From Candidatus Ozemobacteraceae bacterium (GTDB lineage Bacteria > Muiribacteriota > Ozemobacteria > Ozemobacterales > Ozemobacteraceae), in NCBI GenBank assembly GCA_035373905.1, contig DAOSOK010000006.1, forward strand, positions 17,102-81,101: a stretch of 64,000 nucleotides of DNA, written 5' to 3'. Position numbers and translations under genes: made by a program. Positions 49,411-59,222 of this stretch are shown here, piece after piece. The notes below the pieces were generated by a model, which was given only the letters and a program-made list of their open reading frames with translations, did not search any database and had not been told where the DNA came from. Positions within the stretch are counted from its first letter, which is position 1. Each line of letters begins with the position of its first letter.

Positions 49411-49544
49411 ATTCGCTTCACTTTCTATATTGAATATTATTCATGAGCGCCGGGACAAGCCCGGGAAAGCCGGTTTTTTCCAACACCGACTTTCCCGTCA
49501 TGCATCGTTCCATTGCGTGCTCGCGTAGATCGCCCAAGGCTTCC

Positions 49545-49733
49545 TCAGGCATACAGGTCGAGGACGCCCCCCTTGCCTTCCGCTTCGGCAGCGGAAACCT
49601 TGTTCGACGCGGCCGCACCGATCAGTTTCTTGACCATGTCGATCGACTGTTCCTGCTGTTCCTCCAGCATTTTCATGACCTCGGCAAGCTGGGACCCGCC
49701 ACCTACTCCACCCACACTGGACATACGCCCCAC
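49545..49733 (-). CDS. YjfB-like small putative motility protein
   Basis: 62 aa; ...SQLAEVMKMLEEQQEQSIDMVKKLIGAA...GGVLDLYA resembles the YjfB_motility family. Immediately downstream of fliS. Confidence 0.45.
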   Translation of the reverse strand: MGRMSSVGGVGGGSQLAEVMKMLEEQQEQSIDMVKKLIGAAASNKVSAAEAEGKGGVLDLYA

Positions 49734-49749
49734 CCCCTTTCGCCGGGCT

Positions 49750-50181
49750 TCAGACGGCTACGTTCAGCCGCGGTCTGGGCGGCTGTTGCGGCGTGGTCGG
49801 ATTCTTGGCGTTGAGTTTCATCGCCTCCGCCCACGTGTTCCGAAGGTCTTCGATCAGAGGCTTCACCTGCCTCATGGGCTCCGGATTCTTCTTGAGATTG
49901 CTGTCCGTCAGTTTTTCGAGAAAAAACAGGTACAACCGTTCCAGGTTGGTCGCGATCTCTCCGCCCTTTTCCTTGTCGAGCGAGGTCATCAACTCGGTGA
50001 TGATGGCCTGCACCCGCAGCAGGGAGTTGCTGATCTGCTCGTTGTTTTTCGCCAGGAATGCGTCTTCCGCCTGGGCAATGAAGCGAAGGGCCCCGTCGTA
50101 CAGCATCAGGATCAGCGCTTCGGGCGAAGCGGTGTCGATCTGTGTCTTGCGATAGGAGTCCTGTTGGACGTTCTGCATCAT
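49750..50181 (-). CDS. fliS: Flagellin-specific chaperone FliS
   Basis: TASPEALILMLYDGALRFIAQAE...EKGGEIATNLERLYLFF is the canonical FliS four-helix signature. ATG overlaps the maf-2 stop (ATGA). Confidence 0.85.
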   Translation of the reverse strand: MMQNVQQDSYRKTQIDTASPEALILMLYDGALRFIAQAEDAFLAKNNEQISNSLLRVQAIITELMTSLDKEKGGEIATNLERLYLFFLEKLTDSNLKKNPEPMRQVKPLIEDLRNTWAEAMKLNAKNPTTPQQPPRPRLNVAV

Positions 50182-52124
50182 CAGGGCGTTACCGGCCTTT
50201 CCTGGACTGCATCCCGAGCGGGCGCCGCAAGCGAATGGATCGCCGCTTCCATCAGGGGATACTGGTACTCGTGAAACTTCGTCACCGACTCGAGGAAAAG
50301 CCCGATCTCCTCGATCCAGGCGAGCGTTTTCGCCGTTTCATCGGCTCTCAACCGCTTGAGTTCGAGCGCATGCCGGTTGACGAACCTGGTCTGGTGAACG
50401 GCATACCAGCCATACACCGTCATGTCATCGAGAAGATGGTCGTGCAGTTCGAGCAGCTCGCGGTATTGGACGAGCGCGGGGCCGGTCAGGGCGGACGGCT
50501 GCGCATCGCGGGAAGCCGCTCCGGCAAGTTTCCTGCAGAGGGCGGCAGCTCGGCGGACGTCGTCCTGCTGCTGCCGCAGAACCTTCATCAGCTCTTCGAG
50601 GCGGGCGATCATGCCGGGAACATCGGCCCGCACCGGCTTTTCGACGACCTCCCGCATGATCCCGGCAATCGGGGCGCCCTTGTCCGCATACGTTTTCACG
50701 ACGTCCGCCATCGTCATGCAGGTCACGTGCCGGGTCACCACGCCGCCCTCGGTGGCGTTGACGACTTTCGCGGCGGTCTGCCGGAACTGGTCCTCGAACC
50801 AGGCGCGATACATGTGCATATTCTGGTCCGTGTACAGGACCGAACCGTCGGACATCGCGATCCGGTGTGTACCGCGGGTCTGGATATACTCGACCGTCTC
50901 GTGTTCGAGCGACGTCAGAGGATGCACCCGGTCGTAAAAGACGTCGTCGGAATACGAACCTCGGGCGTAGAGTTTGCCGTCCTGGAATGACAGGTCGAGC
51001 CCGACGAAGACGATGGGGTCGCAGCCGCAGCTTCGCGCGAGATCGAACGCGGTCGTCGCGATCGAGCCCCAGCAGACGACCTTGCCGGTCGGCTCGCGAA
51101 ACGGCTCGATCAGCGTCTGCAGGCCGCCGCCGAACGTCATGGCCATCTTCGGTCCCCGGAACTGCTCGATGATGTCGGGATGCGTCATCGGCTCGACGGC
51201 GAGAACGACGCCGGTTTCGTTCTCGACCCCGACGAAGTCGAGCGAATTCAGGTAACTCGGGTCTGCGGCCAATACAATATGAGGACGTATATTTCGTGCA
51301 ACGAGTTGCCGGAACGACGTGTCAACGGCGATCACGAGGAACCGGTCGCGGATGTCGGCGAGCAGAGCGGCGTTCTTCTCGAGCGACGGGCCGGCGGCGA
51401 CGATCACGGCGGGCACCCCGGCGAACCGCCCGAACATCCGCCCTACGCCCGGCAGCGTCAGGGCTGCACGGAGATTGGCGAACGAGTTCGAATGAAACTC
51501 GTTCCCCGTGTGCATCAGCGTGACCAGGTTGCCCTTGGACCGGTTCGCGAGATACAGCACCTTTTCCTTGAGACGTTCGAAATACCCGTGAAAACGCGAC
51601 AGCGACGGCGGATGTTCGACGACGGCCAGCGCATCGAGGTTGACCCAGTCGAGCCCCATCGCCCACCGATCGCCGAACTCGTCCGGCGTCATCCCGACGC
51701 ACCACTCGATTCGCGGATCGTTCAATGCGGGCCGCATGTCGCGGCTTGCCAGGGCTCGCAGAAAGACCTGCGGATCGGGTTCGACGACGTACACCTGGCG
51801 CTCGAACCCCGGCCGGGCGAGCTTCTCCAGGACGACGTCGACCAGGTATCCCAGGCCGGCGCCCAGGATCATGACGTTCGTATGCTGCGGCTGAAGCACG
51901 GAATCCGCCTGGCGGGCGGCTTCCGCGAGGGGGTCGTAGCGGCTGTGATAGGAAAAGGTCTTTCCGCCGGTCGCGATGGTCAGCGTTGGAAGCCCCGTGC
52001 GGGCCGGTTCCACCCGGTAAGAGGCATCGGAGGCAGCATCGGCATGCTGTTGCGCCATCGCAACGAGATGCGGGTGGCGTACCAGCGCCTGCAGATTTGC
52101 CTTCAGGAACGGCGATTCCATCAT
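50181..52124 (-). CDS. maf: Motility-associated factor (Maf) family protein, paralog 2
   Basis: 647 aa. DUF115/MptE-like core (AVIVAAGPSLEKN...IAVDTSFRQLVARNIRPH...VFVGLDLS). Shares architecture but only low identity with paralog 1. Confidence 0.8.
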   Translation of the reverse strand: MMESPFLKANLQALVRHPHLVAMAQQHADAASDASYRVEPARTGLPTLTIATGGKTFSYHSRYDPLAEAARQADSVLQPQHTNVMILGAGLGYLVDVVLEKLARPGFERQVYVVEPDPQVFLRALASRDMRPALNDPRIEWCVGMTPDEFGDRWAMGLDWVNLDALAVVEHPPSLSRFHGYFERLKEKVLYLANRSKGNLVTLMHTGNEFHSNSFANLRAALTLPGVGRMFGRFAGVPAVIVAAGPSLEKNAALLADIRDRFLVIAVDTSFRQLVARNIRPHIVLAADPSYLNSLDFVGVENETGVVLAVEPMTHPDIIEQFRGPKMAMTFGGGLQTLIEPFREPTGKVVCWGSIATTAFDLARSCGCDPIVFVGLDLSFQDGKLYARGSYSDDVFYDRVHPLTSLEHETVEYIQTRGTHRIAMSDGSVLYTDQNMHMYRAWFEDQFRQTAAKVVNATEGGVVTRHVTCMTMADVVKTYADKGAPIAGIMREVVEKPVRADVPGMIARLEELMKVLRQQQDDVRRAAALCRKLAGAASRDAQPSALTGPALVQYRELLELHDHLLDDMTVYGWYAVHQTRFVNRHALELKRLRADETAKTLAWIEEIGLFLESVTKFHEYQYPLMEAAIHSLAAPARDAVQERPVTP

Positions 52125-52159
52125 GCTCCTTCTCCGCCCGCGGTCAGGGCCGGCAGGGT

Positions 52160-52798
52160 CTACTCGGTCTCACCGGGCTCGCTCTTCCCGGGCATCAGAC
52201 TCTTCAGCTCGTCGAACAGTTCGCGCGCCTGGGCGGTGATCGGGGGAATCTCGTATTCGAGAATGTCCGCCAACCCCACCCAGTCGTTGTTTTCATGCGC
52301 TTTCTGCAATGCGGTCATCTGGGCCGCGAGCTGCTCCATCAACTGCGAGCGGCTCGACTCGATCGATCGTTCGCTCATCTCGGGGGCAAATCCGACGGCC
52401 AGGTTTTTCAAAATCGAGGAAAGCCACTCGAGACCGTCCAGCGTTTCGAGCTGTCGCTCCATGGCTTCCTTGATCTTTCCGATCCGGAGATCCGATGCGA
52501 CGCTCAGGGCGCGCTCGTCGATGAAATCGAAGACGTCGGGACCTTCTTCGAGCGCCATTTCCAGCAGATCGCGCGCCGTCGCGGTCAGGATTTCCACCGT
52601 CTGGTACTCGACGATCTTGTGCGCCGAGAGAACATCCGCCTGATCGGCGGACAACCGCGTATCGTCGGCAACCACTTCCATGACCGCCGCCCCGCTGTCT
52701 TTCAGCTCGGCCGATATCAGTTCGACCAGGTCCGCTAACGTCACCTCCGGCGTGATGCCGTCGATCGTGATCGGTTCACCGTTCAGCAGAATATTCAC
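52160..52798 (-). CDS. Hypothetical protein embedded in the flagellar operon (beta-grasp-like N-terminus + helical C-terminus)
   Basis: 212 aa. MNILLNGEPITIDGITPEVTLADLVE resembles ThiS/MoaD-like beta-grasp starts. Acidic helical C-terminal half. Sits between fliD and maf-2. Function unknown. Confidence 0.5.
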   Translation of the reverse strand: MNILLNGEPITIDGITPEVTLADLVELISAELKDSGAAVMEVVADDTRLSADQADVLSAHKIVEYQTVEILTATARDLLEMALEEGPDVFDFIDERALSVASDLRIGKIKEAMERQLETLDGLEWLSSILKNLAVGFAPEMSERSIESSRSQLMEQLAAQMTALQKAHENNDWVGLADILEYEIPPITAQARELFDELKSLMPGKSEPGETE

Positions 52799-52877
52799 TC
52801 GGGCTGCTCCTGGCTGCCTCGCCCGGCAGCATGACGTTCATTCCATTCGATACCCGGCATCATTCGGTCTTCCTCCG

Positions 52878-55853
52878 TCAGCGGCCGCTCAGCTGTGAAA
52901 GCTGGCTGGCGAACGCATCCGCCTGGCTCTGATATTTCGACATCGCGGTTTCGAGAGCCGCAAACTGTTTCAGCAACGTTTCCTCGCGATCCGCGAGTTT
53001 TTCCTCCTGGCGATTGATCTGCTTGTTGAGGAGGGTGATCTGGCGATCCATCGAACTGTCGGCGTTCGTGACGCCCGAGCGGCCGACGCGAAGCGTGAGG
53101 ATACCGTCGCTCTTGGTGAACTCGTTCAGCATGTTTTTGAGCCGGCGGGCGATCCCCATGTTCGATTCGCTGGACGAATCGTTCGCGAACAGCGCCGCAA
53201 GCTTTTCGGGATTGTTGGTCAGCACGTCGTTCAGCTTGTCCTCATCCGTGATGGACAGCTTTCCGACCTGGGTCGTCTGGTAATCCGAACCGACCTCGCC
53301 GGTCGTGATGCCGATATCGGAAAGGCTGTCGAACAGCTTGTCTGCGCCGCCGACGATGCCCGCCATGACGACGCGCATCCTGCTCCGTATCGACGAGAGC
53401 GTCGAATCGCCGGCAAGAAGTCCGATCTTGAATTTTTCCTCGTAGGTGGCGAGTTCTTCCGTAGAGAGGGCCTTCTTCTCGACTTCCGTCAGGGCCTGGA
53501 GCGATGAATCCTTCTCTTCCTTGAGTTTGGTGTATATCAACTCCATCACTTCGTTGTAACTGGCAAGGAAATCGTCGATGGCCTTGCGGGAATTCTTCGT
53601 GTCGGCCGCGACGGTGATCGTCTCGCCGCTTCCGACCGTCGTGCCTTTGAGGGTGAAGGTCAGACCGCTGATGACGTCAGACACGTCATTCGACTGCCTC
53701 ACGATATCCGACCCGCCGTACAGCCCCTCGACGGTGAAGATCGCATTTTTCCCGACGTTCTGGGGGGCTGTGATCATGCCGAGAGCCGACAGGAAGTTGC
53801 TGGTGTCGGTCGAAGCCCCGATGGCGATAGAGGTATTTCCCGTCTGCGTCGAGGTCAGCATGAACTTGCCGGTGTGCGCGTCGAACTCCGCCTTCACGCC
53901 GGCTTTCTTGTTGTTGTTGATCGTCGACATCAGCGATTCCAGGGTCACGGAGCCGGGGCTCGAGATGTTGAACGTCGTGCCGTTGATGGTGAATGTTCCG
54001 GCCGTAATGGCCTGTGCAAACCCCGCCTTGTCGAGCGTCACGGACGTCTGAAGCGAAGAAAGCGGACGACTGCTTTCGAGGGCCGGGCCGGTATCGGATC
54101 CGGTTGCCGTCATTCCTGACGGTATTCCAAGGGCATCGGCGAGTCCGCCGCTCATGTCTTCGAGCTTGAGCCCGGCGGAACTTCCTTTCTGCTCCGACGT
54201 GATCCGGAAAGTCCGGGTGGTTTCATCGAACCAGACGCTTTCGACGCCCGAAATCGCGTCCAGCCGCTCCATGAAGGAGGAAAGCGAATCCGTCGAGTTC
54301 CAGTCGACCAGGCTCGCCACGCCGTTCACCGTCAGCCGCACCTGACCAGCCGTGCCGGGTGAGGCAAGGCCGAGTGTTTCGAGGTTCTGGGAAAGGGCGT
54401 CGGCAGCCGAGAAACCGAGGCTCGAACCGCTCGCGAGCGTTGCCGCCGTCGCCTGGGAACCGCTGATCAGGCCGGCAACGGAAAGGAAGTTGCTCGTGTC
54501 GTTCGCGGCGCCGAGACCGATCGGCTGAGAACTCCCGTCTTTGCGCGTCAGTCTGATCGTGTCTTTGTCTGGATCGTATGTCGCGGCAATGCCGGTCAGG
54601 GAGGTAATCCGCGAAAGCACGTTCTGGAGCGTGTCACTCTGGTTGTTGATCGAGATCTGCACCCCGTCGAGCGTGAACGTCCCGGAGGAAATGATCGAGG
54701 AGAACGTCTCCTGGTAGAGTTTCAACCCGGCGTCCGTCGTCGAGGCGACCGTCGTGTTTCCGAACAGCATGGCCGTGAGATTCCCGCCCGAAGTGCCGAC
54801 GGTGAACTTCGTCACATCCGTGGTGTCTGTGTTCGCCAATATCAGCTTCCCCGTCCCCTGATCGTATTTGAACTCGAGCCGGCGGTCCGCCGGGTTACCG
54901 GTGACCGCGCCGCCCCGAACCAGATCGGGGGAAGCATCGATCCGGCGATTCATCGCGCTCACGAACTCGGATACCGTCGAATTCTCATCGAGACCCGCCG
55001 AAGCCAGGTCGAGCGTCACCGCCGGCCCGCCCTGCCGCTGGATGGTCATGCCGGAGAAGGGGTCGACGCCGAGGTCGCGCAGCGTCGTCTGAAGCCCGGA
55101 CCTGATGGCCATCAGGCTCGAATCCTTCGCCGGTTGGTCCTTCGTGAGGGTGAAATTTCCCGTGGCGGAAAACATCTTTCCGACGACATTGCCCGTGGTA
55201 TCCGCCAGGGCCAGCGTCTTGTTGCTGTCGAGGAGGGTAACGCGGACCCGGTTCGTCTTCAGGTCATACCCGGCGACGGCTTTCCCGTTCATGTTGCCAT
55301 TGCCGGATATCGCCGTATTGATACTGTTGATCAGGTTCTGGACGGAGGCATTCGGATCGACCGTGATGTTCTCCGTCGCAGAACCGATCGTCAGTTTCAA
55401 TTCCCCGGGGGTAATGCCGAGATTGCTCAGCGCCGTGCTCGGTCCGCCAAGCGATTTCGAACTTCGGAGATTCTCCCCCATCTCGATCGCTCCCCCAAGC
55501 CTGCCGGCGGAAGAGACGGTCGTGGCGGAAGCCAGTTGTTTCACGTTGATCGTGTAATTGCCGACTTTCGCCGACGTGTTCGCAACGGCGCTCAGCAGCT
55601 TGTCGCTCGAGGAGGTAACGGTCTTGGAGTTGAAGGTCTTCGAGAAGATCAGGTCGGTGGCCTTGTTCTGAAGGCCGTACAACTTGAGATTGATGTCCTG
55701 CAGCATCGACTTCTGGAAGCCAAGCGTGTTGCGCTTCTGTTCGAGCTGATTCAGCGGCGCCCGCTCGGCTTCGATGATCTTGGTGATCAGGCTCTGCGTG
55801 TCGAGTCCGCTGGACAGGCCACCGACCCAGTTTCTCGAAATATTGCTAACCAT
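52878..55853 (-). CDS. fliD: Flagellar filament cap protein FliD (unusually long, 991 aa)
   Basis: N-terminal GGLSSGLDTQSLITKIIEAERAPLNQLEQKRNTL and C-terminal QEEKLADREETLLKQFAALETAMSKYQSQADAFASQLSQL are canonical FliD terminal helices. Long Ser/Thr/Gly-rich central region. Confidence 0.85.
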   Translation of the reverse strand: MVSNISRNWVGGLSSGLDTQSLITKIIEAERAPLNQLEQKRNTLGFQKSMLQDINLKLYGLQNKATDLIFSKTFNSKTVTSSSDKLLSAVANTSAKVGNYTINVKQLASATTVSSAGRLGGAIEMGENLRSSKSLGGPSTALSNLGITPGELKLTIGSATENITVDPNASVQNLINSINTAISGNGNMNGKAVAGYDLKTNRVRVTLLDSNKTLALADTTGNVVGKMFSATGNFTLTKDQPAKDSSLMAIRSGLQTTLRDLGVDPFSGMTIQRQGGPAVTLDLASAGLDENSTVSEFVSAMNRRIDASPDLVRGGAVTGNPADRRLEFKYDQGTGKLILANTDTTDVTKFTVGTSGGNLTAMLFGNTTVASTTDAGLKLYQETFSSIISSGTFTLDGVQISINNQSDTLQNVLSRITSLTGIAATYDPDKDTIRLTRKDGSSQPIGLGAANDTSNFLSVAGLISGSQATAATLASGSSLGFSAADALSQNLETLGLASPGTAGQVRLTVNGVASLVDWNSTDSLSSFMERLDAISGVESVWFDETTRTFRITSEQKGSSAGLKLEDMSGGLADALGIPSGMTATGSDTGPALESSRPLSSLQTSVTLDKAGFAQAITAGTFTINGTTFNISSPGSVTLESLMSTINNNKKAGVKAEFDAHTGKFMLTSTQTGNTSIAIGASTDTSNFLSALGMITAPQNVGKNAIFTVEGLYGGSDIVRQSNDVSDVISGLTFTLKGTTVGSGETITVAADTKNSRKAIDDFLASYNEVMELIYTKLKEEKDSSLQALTEVEKKALSTEELATYEEKFKIGLLAGDSTLSSIRSRMRVVMAGIVGGADKLFDSLSDIGITTGEVGSDYQTTQVGKLSITDEDKLNDVLTNNPEKLAALFANDSSSESNMGIARRLKNMLNEFTKSDGILTLRVGRSGVTNADSSMDRQITLLNKQINRQEEKLADREETLLKQFAALETAMSKYQSQADAFASQLSQLSGR

Positions 55854-55915
55854 ACATTACCTCCTTCGCGGAGCCGGAACGAGCTCCGCGAGTGAACCGG
55901 GAATCTCCGGGGTTT

Positions 55916-56293
55916 TCAGGCTTTCTTGTCGAAGATGATTCCCAGGTATTCCTGCATTTTCGCGACAAGGTCGAGAGCTTCCTGGGAGGGAATCTCCCGG
56001 ATCACCTTGTCATTGGCCACGTCTATGACCGAAACCATCATTTCCTTCGTCGCGTCATGGATCCTGAACTTCAGAGAACGATCGAAAATCATGGATGTCT
56101 TGTTCAACTTATCGACGGCATCCTTGATTTTCTCCATCTGTTTGGCAGGATCCTCGGCTTCGGCCTGCGCCTTCACCGCTTCCTGCTTCATGGGAGAGTC
56201 GGCGCCGGCGCCGGGGATGGGAAGGGGCACCTCGGGTTCTTTGGTCACTTCTGGCACTTGAATGGTTACAGGTTTCACATTTCCGATTTCCAT
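55916..56293 (-). CDS. flaG: Flagellar protein FlaG
   Basis: C-terminal FRIHDATKEMMVSVIDVANDKVIREIPSQEALDLVAKMQEYLGIIFDKKA matches the FlaG family signature. 125 aa. Confidence 0.8.
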   Translation of the reverse strand: MEIGNVKPVTIQVPEVTKEPEVPLPIPGAGADSPMKQEAVKAQAEAEDPAKQMEKIKDAVDKLNKTSMIFDRSLKFRIHDATKEMMVSVIDVANDKVIREIPSQEALDLVAKMQEYLGIIFDKKA

Positions 56294-56361
56294 ATCGATC
56301 TACCTCCTTTCACGGAATGAATGCTGGCATCCCGTGAATTCAAACCGACCAGCCGGCGGTG

Positions 56362-56396
56362 CGGCCGGGAAGGAAGGCACGCCTTCCCGCCCGGCC
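56362..56396. terminator. Imperfect GC-rich hairpin between flaA and flaG (partial terminator / attenuator)
   Basis: gcggccgggaaggaaggcacgccttcccgcccggcc. Stem GGAAGGC/GCCTTCC extended by an imperfect outer stem. Confidence 0.35.
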
Positions 56397-56440
56397 TGTC
56401 ACTCACCACCTATGACTGTACCATAGTTTTCCCGGAACTC

Positions 56441-58663
56441 CTATTTCAGGAGCTGGAGCACTCCCTGGGGCACCAGGTTCGCCTGCGCGAGCATCGCGGT
56501 CCCCGACTGGGCGACGATCTGGTCGCGCGTGAACTCGACCATCTCAAGCGCCATGTCGGCATCTCTGATCCGCGACTCGGCGGCGCTCAGGTTGGTCTTC
56601 ATCGTGTTGATGCTGTTGATGGAGTATTCCAGCCTGTTCTGGAAGGCACCGAGTTTCGAACGCTCCGACGACACCTTGTCGATCGCCTTGTTCAGCTTCG
56701 AAAGGCTCTTCTGGGCGCCTTCGATGCTCGTCAGGTCGAGATTGTCGACGCCGAGCGCACTGGCCGACATCTCCGAGATCGCGATCTTCATGTTCTGACC
56801 TTCGTCACCGCCAAGCTGGAAACTTGGGGTGTTGTCGACCACGTGCATCCGGAAGTTCTTGTCGCCCGACCCGACGGCCGTCGATTGGCGAGAGAATCCG
56901 AACGTCTTGTCGAGGCCGATAGCGGTGACTCCAGCTGACAGCCCGAAGTTTATCCGAACCTGGCTGATGGTGGAACCGCCGGATGTGTGGTTTTCTTTTC
57001 CGACCCGGAGAGACGTGAACGCCAGACCTCCGTTAATAGCATCGACCCTGATGGCGACACTTTGCGTCTTCAGCGTCTGGTTCACCGACTGCTGCCACAG
57101 CTCGAAGCTGACCATGTCGGCGTTCGTCATGCGGAATTCCGCAGCAATGCTGAGGACTGCCGTATTCACTCCGTCAGAGACGCTGATGAAGTAGGTGAAC
57201 GCGCCTGAGAAATCCGCATACTTGCTGAAGCCGAACGCAACCTTGGTCGTGTCCTTGGACCCCTGCGCGAATCCGCTGTAGGAACCGTTCAGGATACCGA
57301 TCGTGTTCGTCGTGGCATTTGCGATGTTGAACGAGGAGTCCGCACCCGCCGCGACAGGCTCATACATGATACGAATCTGCCCGTCGATCACCATCGCCGA
57401 GGTGCCGCTCATTGCAGTAGCACCAGCTGTCCACTGGGCATTGATGCTTCGGGCAATTCCTTCCATGGTCCATCTGCCAGACCTGATGGTAATCGTCTTC
57501 GACACGCCACCGGCAGATATCGTGAACGATTCGCCACCGGAGCCGATGAGAAGTCCGTTTGCAAGGCCGCCAAGGCCTGCGACCTGAGCCGCCTGCGACG
57601 TGAACTGGACGTCGATTCCCTCCAGCAGGCCGGCCGCCCTGTCTTCAGAGGTCCGAACCTGCATGACATTGCCGAACGCATCTTTCGAGGAGAGTTCGAC
57701 GAGATTGTTCTTCGCGTCGCGAATGGTGGTGAGGCCGAGAGCGGTCATCAGGGCCTGATCGCCGGAGAAGGCGACGTTTCCAATATCGCCGATCGAGCCC
57801 GAGACAAGCTGGAGATATCCGCCGATGCCGGCAATGCCCGTCTGACTGCTGTTTACCACACCTACTTTCGAGTTGGCGATTCCAAGGCCCGAGGTACCGA
57901 CAAGAGCGTTCTGGATTGCGGCTGAAAGCCTATCGAGCGACATCTGCCCGTCGACGGAGATGGACGTCGTCTTGGAATTGCCGCTCAATGACAGCGTCTG
58001 GGCAGAAGCAAGAACGAAGACGCCGTTGGTGTCGTAGAACTGGGCAATGCTCTGGAGCTGCGTCGAGCCCTTCGCAAGAGCGCCTGTCCCGTCGTTCAGC
58101 GTCATGATCTGCGAACGCTGCATCTGGCTGATGCCGGCCTGGACGAGGGTGATGCTGACGTCGTAGTCGCCCCCTCCCTTCCCGACGCCGGTCACCATGC
58201 CGTTGACGGAGTGCGAGCTGGCGCTGATCAACGCCGTCTGACTGCCGTCGAGAAGTTTTTTCGTATTGAACTCGGTGTTGTTCGCGATGCGGTTGATGTC
58301 GTCGCGGAGCTGGTTCACTTCCTTCTGGATTTCCAGGCGGTCATTGCTGGTGAGCGTGTCGTTGCTCGACTGGATGGCCAGTTCGCGCATGCGCTGCAGG
58401 ATGCTCTGCAGTTCGCTCATCGCGCCTTCCGCCGACTGGATCATCGAGACGCCGTCCTGGGCGTTCAGCACCGCCCGCGTCAGGCCTCTGACCTGGCGGC
58501 GGAGCTTTTCGCTGATGGCCAGCCCCGCGGCATCGTCAGCGGCCTTGTTGATCCGCAGGCCGGAACTCAGCTTCTCGATCGATTTTTCGAGTCGGCTCGA
58601 GGTCGTGGCCAGGGTCGAGTGCGCTTTCAGGGATAGGATGTTCTGGTTGATGGTAAGTGACAT
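56441..58663 (-). CDS. flaA: Flagellin (large, 740 aa) copy A
   Basis: Canonical N-terminal D0/D1 (MSLTINQNILSLKAHSTLATTSSRLEKSIEKLSSGLRINKAADDAAGLAISEKLRRQVRGL) and C-terminal (LSAAESRIRDADMALEMVEFTRDQIVAQSGTAMLAQANLVPQGVLQLLK). GGAGGA RBS. About 450-aa variable core. Confidence 0.95.
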   Translation of the reverse strand: MSLTINQNILSLKAHSTLATTSSRLEKSIEKLSSGLRINKAADDAAGLAISEKLRRQVRGLTRAVLNAQDGVSMIQSAEGAMSELQSILQRMRELAIQSSNDTLTSNDRLEIQKEVNQLRDDINRIANNTEFNTKKLLDGSQTALISASSHSVNGMVTGVGKGGGDYDVSITLVQAGISQMQRSQIMTLNDGTGALAKGSTQLQSIAQFYDTNGVFVLASAQTLSLSGNSKTTSISVDGQMSLDRLSAAIQNALVGTSGLGIANSKVGVVNSSQTGIAGIGGYLQLVSGSIGDIGNVAFSGDQALMTALGLTTIRDAKNNLVELSSKDAFGNVMQVRTSEDRAAGLLEGIDVQFTSQAAQVAGLGGLANGLLIGSGGESFTISAGGVSKTITIRSGRWTMEGIARSINAQWTAGATAMSGTSAMVIDGQIRIMYEPVAAGADSSFNIANATTNTIGILNGSYSGFAQGSKDTTKVAFGFSKYADFSGAFTYFISVSDGVNTAVLSIAAEFRMTNADMVSFELWQQSVNQTLKTQSVAIRVDAINGGLAFTSLRVGKENHTSGGSTISQVRINFGLSAGVTAIGLDKTFGFSRQSTAVGSGDKNFRMHVVDNTPSFQLGGDEGQNMKIAISEMSASALGVDNLDLTSIEGAQKSLSKLNKAIDKVSSERSKLGAFQNRLEYSINSINTMKTNLSAAESRIRDADMALEMVEFTRDQIVAQSGTAMLAQANLVPQGVLQLLK

Positions 58664-59222
58664 ACTGATTCCTCCATGAATCGTTTATTAGAGGCCTCCT
58701 TACCTCGAATCCTTCTATAATTTTTAGTATATAATTTCCATGCAGACCTTTTCCGGGAGCGGCTCCTCCTTTCAACGCGGATTCGTGGTGCCTTTGCGCC
58801 TGCGGGCTTCCCCGGCAGGCGCCAGGTACGCATGCGCCCGATGCCGCATCCTCCATGTCAGCGACACCGGCACATCGCGTGCCTGCCTGTTCGGAACCGC
58901 TGATACGCACGCGAGGGCAGTATCAGCCGATTCGTTTGAACCATCTCAAAGAACGCCCGGAAGGAGTTCCTTCCAGGCCCGGCGGGACAACGTCCAGGAT
59001 CTCAGAACCGCATTTCCAAGACTTCGCCGGGAGGAACCGGACCTTTCGCCGAGGGCACGGGCGGATACGCGGAAGATCCGGAAAGGGCGGTATCCCGCCT
59101 TGTCCGTGGACCTGCGGATGACCGGACCGGGGAACCGCCCGGTGTCACGGCCGGGGAAGGAAGGGCCCTTCGCCCGGCTCTGTGACGATCACCTTGCAGG
59201 AGTTACGAACCGGCAGGATGCG

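Noticed and set aside
55926-56261. Plus-strand 111-aa ORF opposite flaG
   Set aside because: Antisense to a gene with a clear FlaG family signature.
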